64,000 nucleotides of DNA. It comes from a virus (Duplodnaviria > Caudoviricetes). This document shows positions 19,227 to 29,600 of the stretch, one piece after another; position 1 is the stretch's first letter, and each line of letters starts with the position of its first letter. The notes below the pieces were generated by a model, which did no database searches, was not told the DNA's origin, and worked only from the letters and a program-made list of their open reading frames with translations. The stretch covers positions 64,001 to 128,000 of the IMG/VR virus record IMGVR_UViG_3300028805_000056; one strand, written 5' to 3'. Both the position numbers and the translations under genes were made by a program.

Positions 19227-20213
19227 ATGAACATAATAGAACCGAAATTTGAAATTATAGAACAGTCTTTTGACGGGGATTTGTTATCTGATATGTTCAA
19301 ACACATCGAGTTATGTGGGAGAACGTGTTATAAATCAGAGGATAAGATTACGGATGACTCCATGTTCAAGTTTATTGAACATCTTGAGAAGAGTGAACAT
19401 GGTGCGATGCTTGAACATGGAACAGTTTATTTGACAATATCTGTCTTAAGTCCATTAGATGATGCTCAATATATTTTCAAGACTGACATTGTTAATTTTT
19501 TCCAACATAATGAATATTCAAAAGTTAATAAAGAAACTGTCACCTCTTGTTTAACAATTTTCTATATAACAACGAATTGGAGAGTTATATTTGAAAATAA
19601 GGACGAATTGATGTGTAAGAACATTTTTGAAAATCATCATATTCAAAAAGAAGATTTAGAAACAAGTATTCTTCAATTTATGACAGTTCCGACTGAACAC
19701 CACGAAAAAAGATACACAGTTAAGTTTACTTGTGACATCGGTGTAAGCAGGGAGTTCAACAGACACAGGAAGGATTCGATAGCGGAAGAATCCACAAGGT
19801 ACTGCAATTACACAAAGGACAAGTTTGGAGGAGAGTTGAACATTGCGAAACCAGTATGGATTAGTGAAGGTGAGTATGCAGGTATTGGATATGATATATT
19901 CAAGTATTGTTATTGGATTTCCCAACACAAAGATCAAGATGAGTTTTCAGATATTGACTATTGGTTATTTGCAAATCTTGCTGACGAATATTCATACATC
20001 AATCTGATAAGATTGGGTTGGACCCCACAACAGGCGAGAGTTGTCCTTCCGTTGGATACAAAGACAGAATTGGTTCATACTGCATTTGCAAGTGATTGGA
20101 AGCATTTCTTTAATCTAAGGGCATTGGGAACTACCGGTGCGCCACATCCATCCGCTAAGGAGTTAGCACTGCCGTTAATGGAAGAATTTATAAAAAGAGG
20201 ATATTTGAAATGA
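19227..20213 (+). CDS. thyX: FAD-dependent thymidylate synthase ThyX
   Basis: GRTCYKS, HGAMLEH, SREFNRHR, EESTRYCNY, ARVVLP, WKHFFNLR, AHP. Confidence 0.92.
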   Translation: MNIIEPKFEIIEQSFDGDLLSDMFKHIELCGRTCYKSEDKITDDSMFKFIEHLEKSEHGAMLEHGTVYLTISVLSPLDDAQYIFKTDIVNFFQHNEYSKVNKETVTSCLTIFYITTNWRVIFENKDELMCKNIFENHHIQKEDLETSILQFMTVPTEHHEKRYTVKFTCDIGVSREFNRHRKDSIAEESTRYCNYTKDKFGGELNIAKPVWISEGEYAGIGYDIFKYCYWISQHKDQDEFSDIDYWLFANLADEYSYINLIRLGWTPQQARVVLPLDTKTELVHTAFASDWKHFFNLRALGTTGAPHPSAKELALPLMEEFIKRGYLK

Positions 20214-20225
20214 CATATTACAATT

Positions 20226-20849
20226 ATGGGATGGAGAATTAGTTTATATTGTGTACCAAAAGATGTTGCATCCAAATATAAGGATATGACACAAGAGGAA
20301 TATGATGCTGACGTTGATGGTGTTATGTTTGAAGACTTGGAAAAAGAAAAAATCAAATATGACACATTAACTGATGTTATATGCAGTGATAAAGAAGACA
20401 AATTTTCAACAAAATTTTTTGCAAACAAATTAAATATCGAAGAAGATATGTACTTTGGAACAATATCCAAGGAACAATTATTGAATATCATTGAAGATGT
20501 CAGGGTTAATCACATCATTAAATGGTTTGATGGAAGAAGGGTTGATAAAGATGATAAACTTGGCGAAACATGGATAAAGCAGAATTCATATCTAATGAAA
20601 GATGGACCATGGACAGCAGAAGATGCAAGAAAGGCCAATCAGATGGAATGGAATTTCAAGGCCAATAATTGGAAATATCAATGGGGTGGGGATAACGGGA
20701 CAACCCATTATTATAATATGAATATTGATATGGATAATAAGTGGGAAATATCTGGCGGAAATACATACGAATACCTCATATTTGATTTGATTCATATATT
20801 GAAGATATTTGATTGGGAAAATAACATATTAATGTGTATCGGGGGATAA
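20226..20849 (+). CDS. Hypothetical protein
   Basis: 207 aa ORF in a co-directional run. Confidence 0.7.
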   Translation: MGWRISLYCVPKDVASKYKDMTQEEYDADVDGVMFEDLEKEKIKYDTLTDVICSDKEDKFSTKFFANKLNIEEDMYFGTISKEQLLNIIEDVRVNHIIKWFDGRRVDKDDKLGETWIKQNSYLMKDGPWTAEDARKANQMEWNFKANNWKYQWGGDNGTTHYYNMNIDMDNKWEISGGNTYEYLIFDLIHILKIFDWENNILMCIGG

Positions 20850-20853
20850 TGTT

Positions 20854-21228
20854 ATGACACAAGAAGAAAAAGAACTATTACTGAGGTACCTCTGTATGGC
20901 ATTGCCTTATAGAATGGCTATAAAAGATGATTATGGAGATACAATTTTCCTAGATTACAACGATGTTCACATTCAAAATTATTTTGAGGCAATTGTGGAT
21001 GGTGTTGTCAAACCATATCTCCGTCCAATGTCAAGTATGACTGATGAAGAAGCAACGGAATATGCAAATTGTGGTAGTATTATAGCAATCTCTCATCAAA
21101 ATGATTATTTAATTCCTAATCCTAAATCTATTCAATACCTTCTTGAAAATCATTTTGATTTTATGGGTTTAATTCCAAAAGGCGTTGCTATTGAAGTAAC
21201 TGAAAGTAATAATCCTTATAAAGAATAA
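20854..21228 (+). CDS. Paralogue family A (MTQEEKELL..KPYLRPMSSMT..NNPYKE), copy 1
   Basis: Shares three conserved blocks with 56789, 58811 and 59443. Confidence 0.8.
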   Translation: MTQEEKELLLRYLCMALPYRMAIKDDYGDTIFLDYNDVHIQNYFEAIVDGVVKPYLRPMSSMTDEEATEYANCGSIIAISHQNDYLIPNPKSIQYLLENHFDFMGLIPKGVAIEVTESNNPYKE

Positions 21229-21232
21229 AATT

Positions 21233-21655
21233 ATGACACAAGAAGAATTAGACAAGAAGGCATTGGAGTTGTATCCGATTAAGACATATCCGATACAGTG
21301 TAAGGATTTCAATCGGGTGGAAACCGTTGATTTGAATGAGGTGGCGAGAAAGGCGTACATGTCAGGATATGAAGACTGTATGATGGAATTGTTGGAAACC
21401 ACAAAGAAAACAGGGAAGGATTATTTTGAAAGTGGTAGGAATATTGGAAAGATGGAGATTTTAAAGAACCTACCGAAATGGAGAACCGCATCAGATGACA
21501 TCTTTTGTGACACGTTGGACTATATCGTCAAATACAAACATGATGGTGGGGACCATGATGATTGGGAATCACCGATTGTTACCAATAGGGTTTTGAAAGG
21601 TGAGGAATATCTTGAGATATGCGACCTCGTTAATTTAGGAAAGGAGGGAATATAA
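21233..21655 (+). CDS. Hypothetical protein (MTQEE start)
   Basis: 140 aa ORF. Confidence 0.7.
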   Translation: MTQEELDKKALELYPIKTYPIQCKDFNRVETVDLNEVARKAYMSGYEDCMMELLETTKKTGKDYFESGRNIGKMEILKNLPKWRTASDDIFCDTLDYIVKYKHDGGDHDDWESPIVTNRVLKGEEYLEICDLVNLGKEGI

Positions 21656-21853
21656 ATGTCAGTACTTGATAATATGGATAAAAAGAGGGTTTTATTTGAA
21701 GAGGATTTTGAAACGTGGGATGAATATAGGGAATACGTGGAGAAAGAATTAAAGGACGATGTTCTCGATTTTATGTCTATATATAGGATTGGAATAGGTT
21801 CATCATTTTTCGCCACTATTTTGCGAAAGGTCGCAGATTACGTGGATGATTGA
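21656..21853 (+). CDS. Hypothetical protein
   Basis: 65 aa ORF abutting the previous stop. Confidence 0.55.
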   Translation: MSVLDNMDKKRVLFEEDFETWDEYREYVEKELKDDVLDFMSIYRIGIGSSFFATILRKVADYVDD

Positions 21854-21921
21854 ATTTTTTTAGGTGTTGGAAGGTATTTATAGAGGACGCCAAAATAATA
21901 AAAGATAAAAACATTAAAACT

Positions 21922-22056
21922 ATGAAAACTTTTCTTTTAATTATTCTAATTGGGGTGTTTCTCTTTAGAATCTACACGTGCAAACATTCAAGAGATTGTG
22001 CTAAGAAAATGTGCAATTTCTTTAAGGAAAAAATGAAAAAGATGACGGAAGAATAA
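21922..22056 (+). CDS. Small membrane peptide
   Basis: MKTFLLIILIGVFLFRIY; TATTTATA at 21875; hairpin terminator at ~22070-22096. Confidence 0.5.
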   Translation: MKTFLLIILIGVFLFRIYTCKHSRDCAKKMCNFFKEKMKKMTEE

Positions 22057-22121
22057 GAGAGAAAGTTTAGTGCCACACATTGTGTGGCATTTTTTTATTA
22101 ACATTTTTTAACATCAAAAAT

Positions 22122-22152
22122 TTTGTGGTTTCAAAAAATTGTTGTACCTTTG
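22122..22152 (+). promoter_or_regulatory. Bacteroidota sigma-A promoter, class I (TTTG-N19-TACCTTTG)
   Basis: Matches the -33 TTTG / -7 TAnnTTTG consensus; one of 7 similar copies. Confidence 0.8.
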
Positions 22153-22184
22153 CAGCGCAAATAAGAAATAAAAACTTTAAAATT

Positions 22185-22418
22185 ATGACCAACGAAGAAT
22201 TAGACAAGTGGTTTGACAACCTGAGTTATGAAGACAAATGTGTGGCTATTTTCTGTTTAGCAGATGACACGTATTCAGTAAAAAAACTGAAGAAAATGTA
22301 TAGTACACCTGAGGACATGTTAGAAGACACGTATGGAAGACGTACATTTGAGCCAAATCATTGGTATGACAGCGATTTAGAAGATAAACAATATGTTTAT
22401 GATTTCTTTAAGAAGTAA
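22185..22418 (+). CDS. Hypothetical protein
   Basis: MTNEELDKW.., downstream of a class I promoter. Confidence 0.65.
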   Translation: MTNEELDKWFDNLSYEDKCVAIFCLADDTYSVKKLKKMYSTPEDMLEDTYGRRTFEPNHWYDSDLEDKQYVYDFFKK

Positions 22419-22455
22419 AAAAATAAACCCGAGTAGAAAATCACTCGGGTTTATT
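22419..22455. terminator. Bidirectional terminator
   Basis: AATAAACCCGAGT..ACTCGGGTTTATT between convergent genes. Confidence 0.75.
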
Positions 22456-22464
22456 AAATATTCT

Positions 22465-23580
22465 TTATTGTCTGTTATGTATCCTATCTGACATTTTATA
22501 AACTGTAGGTTCTATAACACCAAGTGTAAATGCAATAATGTTGGTTACACCCAGTTGTTTTAACTTTAGACAGAAATCATCTAACGTAGCACCGCTTGAT
22601 ATGTTGTCGTCAAAAACTACAACCGATTTACCTGACAGTTTATGTTGCATTTCAAGATATTGTGGATTTATATCAAACAGTCCTTCAATTGCCCTACGGT
22701 TTTTATCATCCAAAGATTTGATTTGCCAACTCTTAACATTACCATTTGCATCAACTGTAGAATCTCTGCCGCGTTTTCCCTTTCTTAGGATTCCTATTTG
22801 ATCTTGGTAATTTTTAAGTAAGTCTTGTTTCTTTGTAAATTCTAAAGATGGTCTACCCCGTTTTCTTGTTGCAATAATTTGGTTTATTTCATTTTCTAGA
22901 CTTGCAATTTTTCTTCTTAAATCTCTAATATCCTCATCACTGTGCCATTTTTCGACTTGTCTCTGTAATGTATGGATTTCTGAATCGGTCATTCCAATTT
23001 CCTTTGCTACATCCGTATTCACATATATTCCTCTAACATTCTTTACTAACATATCAGGTTTTAATTGTATACCAGATGACGATGGAAAATATTTCATTAT
23101 TGCGTTTAGCATCAATTTATTAAATCCCGAAGATGATTGTGGGCAAGTGAAATAATCAACAGGAGAATTACCAATGAGAGCCTTTATATATAATGCGCTT
23201 CTATCAATGAAGTAATTTATTGACTCTGAGTATTTATCTTCACCCTGATTCCATACTACATCGTTGCCTTCAAGGTCTTTATGATGTTTTAGTGCTTTAT
23301 TTACCTTCATTGTTTTACCTAAGTCATACAGATTATAGGACATTACGTTACTTTTTGGTAATAGTTTTTCAGTTACTTTAAATGTTTTGTCGGCATTAAA
23401 AATTTCTGTGTTGGCTAATCTGTCAGTGTTTGGCTTGAAACTGAAAACACCATTTCTCATACCAAACCCTTCGTTTTCCGGATTTTCCAACATACCGGAT
23501 TCAGAAATCACATTCCTTCCATTAACAATTCTTTCGTATAGTTCCTTATATTGTTTCTCACTGATAATAATACGCCTCAT
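22465..23580 (-). CDS. Phosphoribosyltransferase-domain protein
   Basis: VVVFDDNISSGATL PRPP-binding motif near the C-terminus; N-terminus MRRIIISEKQYKEL; TATTTATA at 23599-23606 (minus). Confidence 0.75.
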   Translation of the reverse strand: MRRIIISEKQYKELYERIVNGRNVISESGMLENPENEGFGMRNGVFSFKPNTDRLANTEIFNADKTFKVTEKLLPKSNVMSYNLYDLGKTMKVNKALKHHKDLEGNDVVWNQGEDKYSESINYFIDRSALYIKALIGNSPVDYFTCPQSSSGFNKLMLNAIMKYFPSSSGIQLKPDMLVKNVRGIYVNTDVAKEIGMTDSEIHTLQRQVEKWHSDEDIRDLRRKIASLENEINQIIATRKRGRPSLEFTKKQDLLKNYQDQIGILRKGKRGRDSTVDANGNVKSWQIKSLDDKNRRAIEGLFDINPQYLEMQHKLSGKSVVVFDDNISSGATLDDFCLKLKQLGVTNIIAFTLGVIEPTVYKMSDRIHNRQ

Positions 23581-23645
23581 ATGTTAAAATCTTACTTTTA
23601 TAAATACTTTACTATATTGGAAAATATTGTATATTTGTTATGTAA

Positions 23646-24776
23646 ATGAAGACAGAGAAACTTACAAACGATGAGTTTATATCCAAGGCCAAGGAAATAC
23701 ACGGTGACAAGTACGATTATTCTAATACATTGTATAAGGACAATCGCAGCTATATCCGTATCATTTGTCCTGAGCATGGGGAATTTAAGTTGAAGCCGAA
23801 GGACCACCTTAATGGTGTCGGTTGTCCTGAATGTGCAAAGGAACCGACAACAGAGGACTTTATTGAAAGGGCAAGGAAGATACACGGCGACAAATATGAC
23901 TACTCCAAGGTTGATTATAAGAAACCATTCATAAATGTGATAATAACCTGCCCGATACATGGGGACTTCAAACAAAGACCTGCTGTCCACCTAAGCGGTA
24001 GGGGATGTGCGGAATGTTTTAATGACTCAAAAAATAGATTGGCATATTGTCCGAATGAATTCTATAATAAGGATAATGTAAGCGTCGGCGAATTTAAGAC
24101 CATTGAGGAGATGATGAATTTCCCGATAAAAGATGTGTGGGATATAAATAGGACAAAATCTAACAAGTTCAATCTGTATAGATCAAATGGTATGAGATTC
24201 TTCATCCTGTGTAATTGGTGTAAAAAAATGCGGGATCCGGAAAAATACATATTGATAATGAAATACAAAAGCGGAAAGATCAAATGTCTTGATACCAATA
24301 ATAATGAAATAGAAAAAAATACAATGGATAGAAGAAATTTTTTAAGAAAATTTGGCATTGGATTAGGTGCATTAACACTTCCAAATAATGCAAAATCACA
24401 AGAAACTAAGAAACTGACATATAGTTTTGATGAGATATTTTACCGTCCTTATGAAGGTAATCAAAATTTAATATATGTTAAGGACAATAGCATCCTTGCT
24501 GATAAGATATATGCAACTGGTAGAGTAGATAAAAATTACAAATCGGAATATAGTGTCGGAATGTATTTCCCTGTTCGTGACATTTTTCTTGAATTAAAAG
24601 ATGAATATTATGAACAAGATTTTGCCGGTATTATATTTTATTTAAAAAACAAGGATCCTCATATTTTTAGATTCATACCATTTGATAATTGGAAGAGTGG
24701 GAGAAGTCCTATGAGATTTATATTAAATAAAGAAGGTTATATGCAATCAGAATTTTTATCAAAAAGTTATTTTTAA
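23646..24776 (+). CDS. DUF723-like zinc-ribbon repeat protein joined in frame to a Tat-signal-bearing domain
   Basis: Two FIxxAxxIHGDKYDYS..CPxHGxF..GCxEC repeats; internal MDRRNFLRKFGIGLGAL at 24324. Confidence 0.65.
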   Translation: MKTEKLTNDEFISKAKEIHGDKYDYSNTLYKDNRSYIRIICPEHGEFKLKPKDHLNGVGCPECAKEPTTEDFIERARKIHGDKYDYSKVDYKKPFINVIITCPIHGDFKQRPAVHLSGRGCAECFNDSKNRLAYCPNEFYNKDNVSVGEFKTIEEMMNFPIKDVWDINRTKSNKFNLYRSNGMRFFILCNWCKKMRDPEKYILIMKYKSGKIKCLDTNNNEIEKNTMDRRNFLRKFGIGLGALTLPNNAKSQETKKLTYSFDEIFYRPYEGNQNLIYVKDNSILADKIYATGRVDKNYKSEYSVGMYFPVRDIFLELKDEYYEQDFAGIIFYLKNKDPHIFRFIPFDNWKSGRSPMRFILNKEGYMQSEFLSKSYF

Positions 24777-24781
24777 GAAAT

Positions 24782-25072
24782 ATGGAAAATGCAAGTAAAT
24801 GTCGTGAATTAACAAACAATCGTAGCCTGTTCTATACGATTATGTACGAAAAGGACCACCCAGTTATTATGGGGAGAATAGAGTCTGCAATTATGACCGC
24901 AGTTGAAAACGGTCAATACATCGTCTCAATAGAGATGCATAACCTGTCGTCTTATGACATTAAAATGATCACAAGAGTGCTGGAATATTACGAATTCTCA
25001 GCAGATTGGCACCCAATACAGAATGATGACGAATCCTGTCAAACCATATCTTTGGTAATTCATTGGGCATAA
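24782..25072 (+). CDS. Hypothetical protein
   Basis: 96 aa ORF. Confidence 0.6.
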   Translation: MENASKCRELTNNRSLFYTIMYEKDHPVIMGRIESAIMTAVENGQYIVSIEMHNLSSYDIKMITRVLEYYEFSADWHPIQNDDESCQTISLVIHWA

Positions 25073-25095
25073 AATATTTTTTGTATATTTGAAAT

Positions 25096-25770
25096 ATGAG
25101 AGTAGTAGTTCTATCTGATTTACACGGAAACCTTATCAAGGTTAAGGAACCGTTTGATCTTATGATAATTTGCGGAGATGTGTGCCCCGTAACTGATCAC
25201 AGAAACCAATTCCAACGGGAATGGATTAATAACGAATTTTCAGAATGGATAAAGGAACTTCCATACATTGACGACGAAAGTAAGGTCGTAATGATTCCCG
25301 GTAATCACGATTTCGTGTTCGAGAGTATATCAAAAAAGAGATTAAACGAGTTCCTGTCAAAGACAGACGGAAGACTTGTATATCTTGACAATGAGGAATA
25401 TTGGTTCAAGGGACTGCACATCTTCGGATGCCCGTACTGTAAACCATTACCCGGTTGGGCATTCTGTAGGGATAATCTTGACAAGTACTATTCATATATC
25501 CCAAATAACCTTGACATACTGATTACACACGATGCCGCAGATTTTGACAAACTCGGAACAACAACAGAAGGACATAATGCGGGTAGGAACTTCGGAAACA
25601 AACTTCTTGGTGAATATATCCTGAAAACAAAACCCCGCTACTACTTCTGCGGACATATCCACACAGGTACACACGGTTTACATAAATATGAGGGAATAAG
25701 GGTGGCTAATACCTCAATACTTAACGAAGACTATCAAGTAACCTATGAACCACTGCTTGTCATAATATAA
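25096..25770 (+). CDS. Calcineurin-like metallophosphoesterase
   Basis: SDLHG, GD, PGNHD, LITH, GHIH. Confidence 0.9.
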   Translation: MRVVVLSDLHGNLIKVKEPFDLMIICGDVCPVTDHRNQFQREWINNEFSEWIKELPYIDDESKVVMIPGNHDFVFESISKKRLNEFLSKTDGRLVYLDNEEYWFKGLHIFGCPYCKPLPGWAFCRDNLDKYYSYIPNNLDILITHDAADFDKLGTTTEGHNAGRNFGNKLLGEYILKTKPRYYFCGHIHTGTHGLHKYEGIRVANTSILNEDYQVTYEPLLVII

Positions 25771-25801
25771 AATAATAAGATAAAAAAAAAAATATAAAAT
25801 T

Positions 25802-26164
25802 ATGGGAGATAAAGTTTTAACTTTTGATTATTCAGATATACAGCCATATACGTTTAATAGTAGTGCTGCTATATCTTCAGATTCAAGCAGTTGTCTTACT
25901 TACAAAGCGGATTATTTAACCACAAAAGTAAACACAAGTACGGATTGGAACACAAGTATCACAACAGATGAATTTTGGCCAAATTACACTTTCCAAAACT
26001 ATTTTACATATAATAAATCCGATGTTGAAAAAGAAATTACCGACGAAATTAATAGGTTACTTTGTGAGGGATTGGAACACAAATACTTTATTAAGACCAC
26101 TCCAAAAGACCGATTGAAGATTAAGAAAGTGAAAATAAATAAATGTTACCTAATAAATTTTTAA
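25802..26164 (+). CDS. Hypothetical protein
   Basis: 120 aa ORF. Confidence 0.55.
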   Translation: MGDKVLTFDYSDIQPYTFNSSAAISSDSSSCLTYKADYLTTKVNTSTDWNTSITTDEFWPNYTFQNYFTYNKSDVEKEITDEINRLLCEGLEHKYFIKTTPKDRLKIKKVKINKCYLINF

Positions 26165-26170
26165 ATCACT

Positions 26171-26503
26171 ATGAAGAGAATCGATTACATTATTCGAAAC
26201 AAGAAGGGTGTCCTTAAGGACGACTATCAGTTCAGAGAAAAGAAGGTTAGAAGAACCCTCGAAGATGCTATTGACTACGCCGAAGAACAAGCGTTTGATT
26301 CAAAGCGAAAGGCCGTTGACATTATCAACTCCGTGAAAGATGTTGCAGATGACAAGGAGAAGATTACAACAAAACTCAACGAGTATATCACGGAAAAGGA
26401 AAATGCCGAAGGATACTTGCGTACAAAGAAGTACCTTGAAGAGGTTAAGACACTGTTAGAAGAGGAAGTTGACTTCGAGGAAGATGAGGATGAAAAGAAG
26501 TAA
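26171..26503 (+). CDS. Hypothetical coiled-coil protein
   Basis: 110 aa; followed by a GCAGGT/ACCTGC terminator at ~26537-26563. Confidence 0.65.
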   Translation: MKRIDYIIRNKKGVLKDDYQFREKKVRRTLEDAIDYAEEQAFDSKRKAVDIINSVKDVADDKEKITTKLNEYITEKENAEGYLRTKKYLEEVKTLLEEEVDFEEDEDEKK

Positions 26504-26624
26504 TTTCTGTTTCATAGATTTTTAATTTTTTTTTAGAAAAGCAGGTATTTCACCTGCTTTTTTGTTTTTAATAATGTAAAGTTTCCTATATTTATTATAG
26601 AATATAATTCTATAGGGAAAAGTT

Positions 26625-29600
26625 ATGCCAAACGTTTTTATTAAAGTAGACGGTGAATATACACAATCCGCCAATTTTTATAGAAAAATAAATGGAGAAT
26701 GGTCGAGTATCACACAGGAAGAACTTATCTCTTATGTTGGTACAACAGTTTTCAATTATGGTGGAAATGTTAACAATACAAGGTTTGAAATTGCAGGACC
26801 AAGCAATGTTACGGCTGAAACCTGTTCCTGTGTTGCCATTCTTAATGGACAAACAGTCTCCAACGGCGTTTCATGGAGTATAACAAGTGGCGTACAATAC
26901 GCAACAATTGATACCGGTGGTACTGTTACAATACTATCAACGGCAGATGAATCAGAAATTGTGGTAACAGCCCAATATAACAGATATACTGCAAGCCTTA
27001 CAATGAATATAACATTCCTGTCAGGCTCTACATCAGAAACAACAGTCGAAACTGTAACTGACTCAAGTGGTAATACTACTACAACAACCACAACCACAAC
27101 TGAAAACGAGGATGGCTCATCAACAGAAACCACCACAACAGTCATTACTGATGAAAGCGGCAATACCATCGGAAGTACGGAAGTTAGTACTGAAACCAAT
27201 GCTGATGGTTCTTACACTGGTACAACCACGAACTATGACTCTGAAGGTAATGCAGTCGATGGTACTAATGTTGTCGGTGATTCAAGCGGTAACGTAAGTA
27301 CACAAGATGTTGAATATGATGAAAGCGGTAATACTGTGGTAACATCATACACAATTGATACAAGCGGTAATCCTAATGGTGAGAAAAACTTCAATGGTGA
27401 CGGTATTAACACTGAGTACTATGCATTTGATATGACACACGGATTCGTTGTCGAACTTAACTTTACCATTGACTTTTCAAATCAACCGGCAGGACAGAAT
27501 GAAAACCACCACCAGATACTTTCTGCAAAGAGAGCAACACCAACGCCTTGGTATGGTTTCCAAATAAGACAGTCAGGTACTAACAAGTACATACAACTCG
27601 GTACACAGTTTGCAACTGGTAGTAATACCAATACAACAATCAGTGCACAAACAATTACGAACAATGTTGCTGAATACAATATTACTATAACATATAATCC
27701 AACAGCAAGTACAAATACATTTGTATGTTATGACAATATTAAAGACAGTGTTGTTTACAGAAGCAATAATGTCTTCCCTGACATCGATGACTTGAAATAC
27801 CTTAAGGTGACTCTCGGTCATGGTATGGACGAAAATGGTGACCCATACAGATATTCAAACATTGATGTTAAAAACTTTGTAATTAAAAGACTTAATAACG
27901 TGGCGGATCCTGCTATCACTTGCGATGGTATGGAAGTTACTATTACTTGTGCTACACAAGGTGCAGATATCTACTACAGATTAGGCAATGCGGGTCTGTA
28001 TTCTACCTATACCGCTCCTATTTCGATAAGTGCGGATACTGTTGTATATTCATATGCTGAATTAAACGGTGACAAGAGTAATACTATATCTCAACTCTGC
28101 GTATATGACAATGGTATTGAGAATCCCGTCATCACTTGCGATGGTATGGAAGTTACAATTACCTGTGTAACACAAGGCACAACTATATACTACAAAAGAG
28201 AACAAGAGGCTTCCTATTCTACATATAATGCACCATTTTCCATAAGTGCTGATACAGTCGTCTATGCATATGCAGAATATAGCGGGCTTACAAGTAGCGT
28301 AGTGTCAGCAACTTGCGTTTATGACAACGGCATTGAAGCACCAGTTATATACTGCGATGGAGAAAATGTTACCATTACTTGTAACACACCAAGTGTTGAC
28401 CTTTATTATAAATTGAATCAGGAAACGGGATATACCGTATATGATGATGCAATTACAATAAGCGCGGACACTGTTGTTTATGCATATGCTGAATTGAATG
28501 GTGCAACGAGTAATGTTGTATCAGCAACTTGTGTATACAGCCCAATAGTATTGGTAAGTCCTGTTATTACTTGCGACGGTGAATTTGTAACAATCACTTG
28601 TGAAACACAAAATTCAACAATATTATATAAAATAGGACAGGAAGGTACATATGCCGCATATACAGTTGCATTCCCAATAAGTGCGGATACTACAGTTTAC
28701 GCATACTCACAGTACAATGGACAGACAAGTACCGTTGTTTCAGAGAATTGCATATACAATCCTGTTCACGATTACAGTAAGGATTACCTCACATTCAGAA
28801 TAACGAGTGGTGGCACTATCTGTTGGAAATCAGTCGGAAGCGGTTATGCTAAAACAATAGAATACAGTCTTAATGGCGGGGAATGGACATCTATAACCGC
28901 CGCATCCACACCACCATCAATTTCAGTGGCTGAAGGCGACGTTATAATGTTTAGAGGAACTAATCAAACATATGCAGGAAATAAATCAAATTATTCGTCA
29001 TTCGGTCACGATACCAGTGGTAGCACAGACGTGGGTTCAACCGCACATTTCACTATTGAAGGTAATATAATGAGTCTTATCTATGGTGATAACTTTAGTG
29101 GACATACAACATTCAATGGAGGAACATATAATTTATGTTCAATATTCAAACGTACAAATGTAGAATCTGCTGAAAATCTTGTATTACCTGCAACTACATT
29201 AACAAATTACTGTTATCGTGCAATGTTCAGCTGGTGTACTTCATTAATGACACCACCACAATTACCTGCAACTACATTGGCTCAAGGCTGTTATTGGTAT
29301 ATGTTTGAGCAATGTCCGATGACTACGGCACCTGACCTTCTTGCTGAGACATTGATACGAGAGTGCTACGGATATATGTTCACAGGTTGTGGAAACCTTA
29401 ATTATATCAAATGTCTTGCAACAAATGTTGCATCCCCGCCAGCTTCAGCATTAACGGGATGGGTTAGCAATGTGGCTGCTACAGGTACATTCGTAAAGGA
29501 TACAGACACAACTTGGTCAACAGGTAACAACGGTATTCCAAACGGATGGACAATATATGATAATACAGCAGTAGCCTCACCGGTAATAACATATGACGGA

